DNA of 64,000 bases from Tubulanus polymorphus (Eukaryota > Animalia > Nemertea): contig NC_134025.1 in NCBI RefSeq assembly GCF_964204645.1, forward strand, positions 18,265,101 through 18,329,100. Direction: 5' to 3'. Position 1 is the stretch's first letter. The number at the start of each line of letters is the position of its first letter. A program made the position numbers and the translations under genes. Positions 60,953-64,000 of this stretch are shown here, piece by piece. The notes under the pieces are model-generated. The model worked only from the letters and a program-made list of their open reading frames with translations. It had not been told where the DNA came from and searched no databases.

Positions 60953-63780
60953 GGGGAGGGTGACCTGATTTCGGCACAGTAAATCTTTACGGCAATTTTC
61001 TATCTGAATTATATGCAATTCATGATAAATAATCACTTACTGGATAACCATATCATTTAGAGACCGTAACATGAGTTTAATGCCTAAATATTGTTACTCC
61101 GGGTCAGGCTTTTAAAAAGTTATGAGGATTCAACAAAATCGGACGATTTTTAAAAATTTTTGACCTGAATTCGGCACAGTATTCCCTAAATTCGGCACCG
61201 CGTACCTGACTTCAGCAGTGAGTTTAAAATTGATCTTTATACAGATTACTGGGCCTGTATCGGCTTTTCTTAAAAAGTAAGGCCCCGTAATCTGTATTAT
61301 GTTTATGTGCATATTAATGAGGTGCATTGAATTGAAAACTTATACATAATCAGATGAAACGGTGATGTTTCAGCGTATAATTTTCAATGTAAATTGGCAC
61401 TTAGCCAGCCAGCTGTTCCGTACTGGTTTAAACTATGTAAAAATTCTAACTTTGAAAGCCTCATCACAAGTGTTAAATTGGTAATGTTCAGCATTTTGAA
61501 AGTAATGTGGGCCTGTAAGGCGAAGTTTCTTAGGGGAGGAATCGTCTTCTGGAACAAAGACAAGGCGGCAAGAGAAATGAAACTTAAGCTTGTATTTTAC
61601 AGCCTGTTAATTCATGGTAAGTAGTAGGATGCTTTTCATCGACACTTGTACAACAAAATCAGAGTTTCCATCCTATCATGTCTGTTGGGTCATTGAAATT
61701 GATTGAAGTTTGCTAAAAGTGAACAAATTTTATTCGTTGTAACAATAATATATTTAATATCAATTATTCAAATAAATTTTGAATGGCCTTGGCCTCAGCA
61801 GGCAATATTTCATTCATAGAGATAGATAGAAACGAAAATTCAATTTTTTATTCAATAACAGACAAAATAACAAATCACATTAAAATCAATATTACTAGGC
61901 CTACTATCAAATCATATCAGGTCATTGCACAGAAAATGTCATTGGTGTTTTCATACTCTCTACATTCAATGAAAGCTGGCATCGTTGATTGATGATGCGG
62001 GGTGGAGAAAGCACCATAATGACCCCTGATACCGGGTGACCTTCGATGTCTTCGGTCCATACAAATAAATTTCTTCGCTGGAGCTGTTCCAAAAACTTGA
62101 TCTGCAGCGAAGAGCTCTCGGGCAACATTTTTTCGACCTGAAATGAACATTGCAGTCTAGTGTTACAGTATCAGCAAATCCTCTGTCACGGCCCATCCAT
62201 TCTTGTACTTACTATTCCAAAATAGAGGTGATTTTTTCCTCGTTCACCCTTTTGAGCAATTGCAACATAAGAATCAGCTCTGAAGATGTAAATTCAATAA
62301 TAAGAATTATTTTGGGACTTCACTTAAATCCTTCCAAGAACAATAACCGGGAACCGTTGAATCACAATCACGGACTACTCGATCAAGGCTTCAGAACCAT
62401 ACAATGTTATTTGGATTTCATTAACTAATCATCTGTTTTGATCATTTATTTACAGAGTACCTAGTTCGCAAAGGTTACCTTAGTTTCTGGTGTGTATCCT
62501 CTAATGATGGTATAGGGCTGCTATTTTCAGCTGGGACATCTGTGGATGTAACTGCATTGTTGTGCTGCTGAGGAAGTAAGAACACTTAACTAAACATGAG
62601 AAAAATACAAAAAATCTTTAGAAATAAAGAAGTTTCACGCACATCAAGTCTACTCTCCATTACTTCGATTGCTGGGCATGTCGTTTGTTTTTTTGCAGGT
62701 AAAGTTTTTTGTAATAATGGAAGAAATATGCATGGTAGGTGCTGGGTAACAATCATTAGGATACATCATAGCAATTAAACTTACCTTGGTGATAGTTTTG
62801 AATTTCTTATTTCGAGGTTCTTGTGACTTCTTCTCTTCTCGTAAACACTTTTCAACGTATGCTTCATCCGATGTTATAACGATATAATTTGCAGTCAGCC
62901 TACAGGGTTTGGGTTGACAGGGTTTACGCGGTTCAGCTTGAGGGTATTTAAGAATATCGCTTAGTTTACTTGATCTTGAAGAGGTGTTATCAAATGGAAA
63001 GTAGCCACTTTGCTACAAAATAGAAATTTCGAGGTCAGGACGGATGGATTTATTTTATTAAATCTATTCACTTGTCACTCACCAATGATTTTTCTTTTCC
63101 ATGTCATATATAACGCATCACTCAACAAATCGAACCCCTGTTGATATCTTTTGTCATACTTGGCCAGTTGTTGTTTTGTGAGAGTGCTCTCAATCACAGA
63201 AAGTGCTCTATCAGCTGGACAGGCCTTAGTGATACTCACTCCCGTTGCAAGATCCTGTAAACCGATTTTGAATATATTCAAGGCCTCCTATGAAATATCT
63301 TAATCTTTTGATATGATATTATTTCTCATCTCAGTCTTACATCAGTCATATCAGTCTGGTTATCGTTAATTTGTCCTACTATCTGGTTAATTTCAGTTTC
63401 TCCCACTATACTGTTGCATGAATTCATCTGAAAATGAAAATATTTTATTGCTACCAAACGTGAGGACGGTAACATTTCTACTTTCATGATTTTACCTCCT
63501 TGTTAATGTTTTCAGGTTGATGGAATTCGGGCATTTCACTGTTATCTAAAAACAAAATATGTAAGTACTAATTGAAGGTTTTGGTTAGTTGTCGATTACC
63601 TGTCTCCCCCAGTATTATAATTACCTCCATGATCAATGATTTCAGTTCATCAACTGTTGCTGAATGAACGTACGCATCAGTGGGAATTGCCAGAGGATTA
63701 TATGGGTATAATCCAGTGGGCCTGAAACCAGTCGAGTCCCTTCTCTTAGAAGAATAATTACTTGTATCATATTGAATACC
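60953..63780 (-). mobile_element. pogo-type DNA transposon, copy 2 (3' half; interrupted or truncated near 63780)
   Basis: Starts TA|GGGGAGGGTGACCTGATTTCGGCAC and is colinear and highly similar to 47956-51570 without the 49701-50769 insert. Confidence 0.92.
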
Positions 63781-64000
63781 GGTAGTTTGTTTTGATAACG
63801 ATATGCGCCTTCACGCACGCCACCGCGCGTCAGCCTGATTGCTGCAGTGCGTTAATCAATAGACTGTTACACACACACTTAGGTATAATACACTACCATA
63901 CAGTGATGTAATGTATTAAGCGCTGCTATGAGCGCGCATATATGAATACATCGTTTTAAATGAAGCTGTGTCAAAATGAAAGCAGTTTTTTTTCATTAAA

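Overview
AT-rich, intron-containing animal genomic DNA, probably a marine invertebrate (inference from the repeat types). It is almost entirely mobile-element derived. The only recognisable host gene is ZC4H2 on the minus strand (exons at 57086-57015, 55800-55629 and 41187-41012; exon 1 carries a +1 frameshift and I did not find the 3' exons). The main object is a plus-strand spliced gene at 13453-28632 that the ORF track breaks into pieces. Joining GT-AG exons by hand gives one open frame of about 1,530 aa: SET domain, an array of tandemly amplified 66-nt symmetric microexons, OTU-like cysteine protease, acidic linker, two Zn fingers, a tyrosine recombinase with catalytic R/K/R/H/Y, and a Myb/SANT-like tail. 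This looks like the single gene of a large tyrosine-recombinase mobile element carrying its own chromatin-modifying domains. A decayed paralogue lies at 37490-38445. Around it are relics of Sola2-like and Zator-like transposases, a CR1-type LINE, a Gypsy RT fragment, two pogo (DD35D) copies, HINE-like repeats, several MITEs with unusual TSDs (5 bp and 9 bp), Penelope-type inverted repeats with hammerhead motifs, and a 91-bp satellite. All gene models are manual and unverified by RNA data or database searches.
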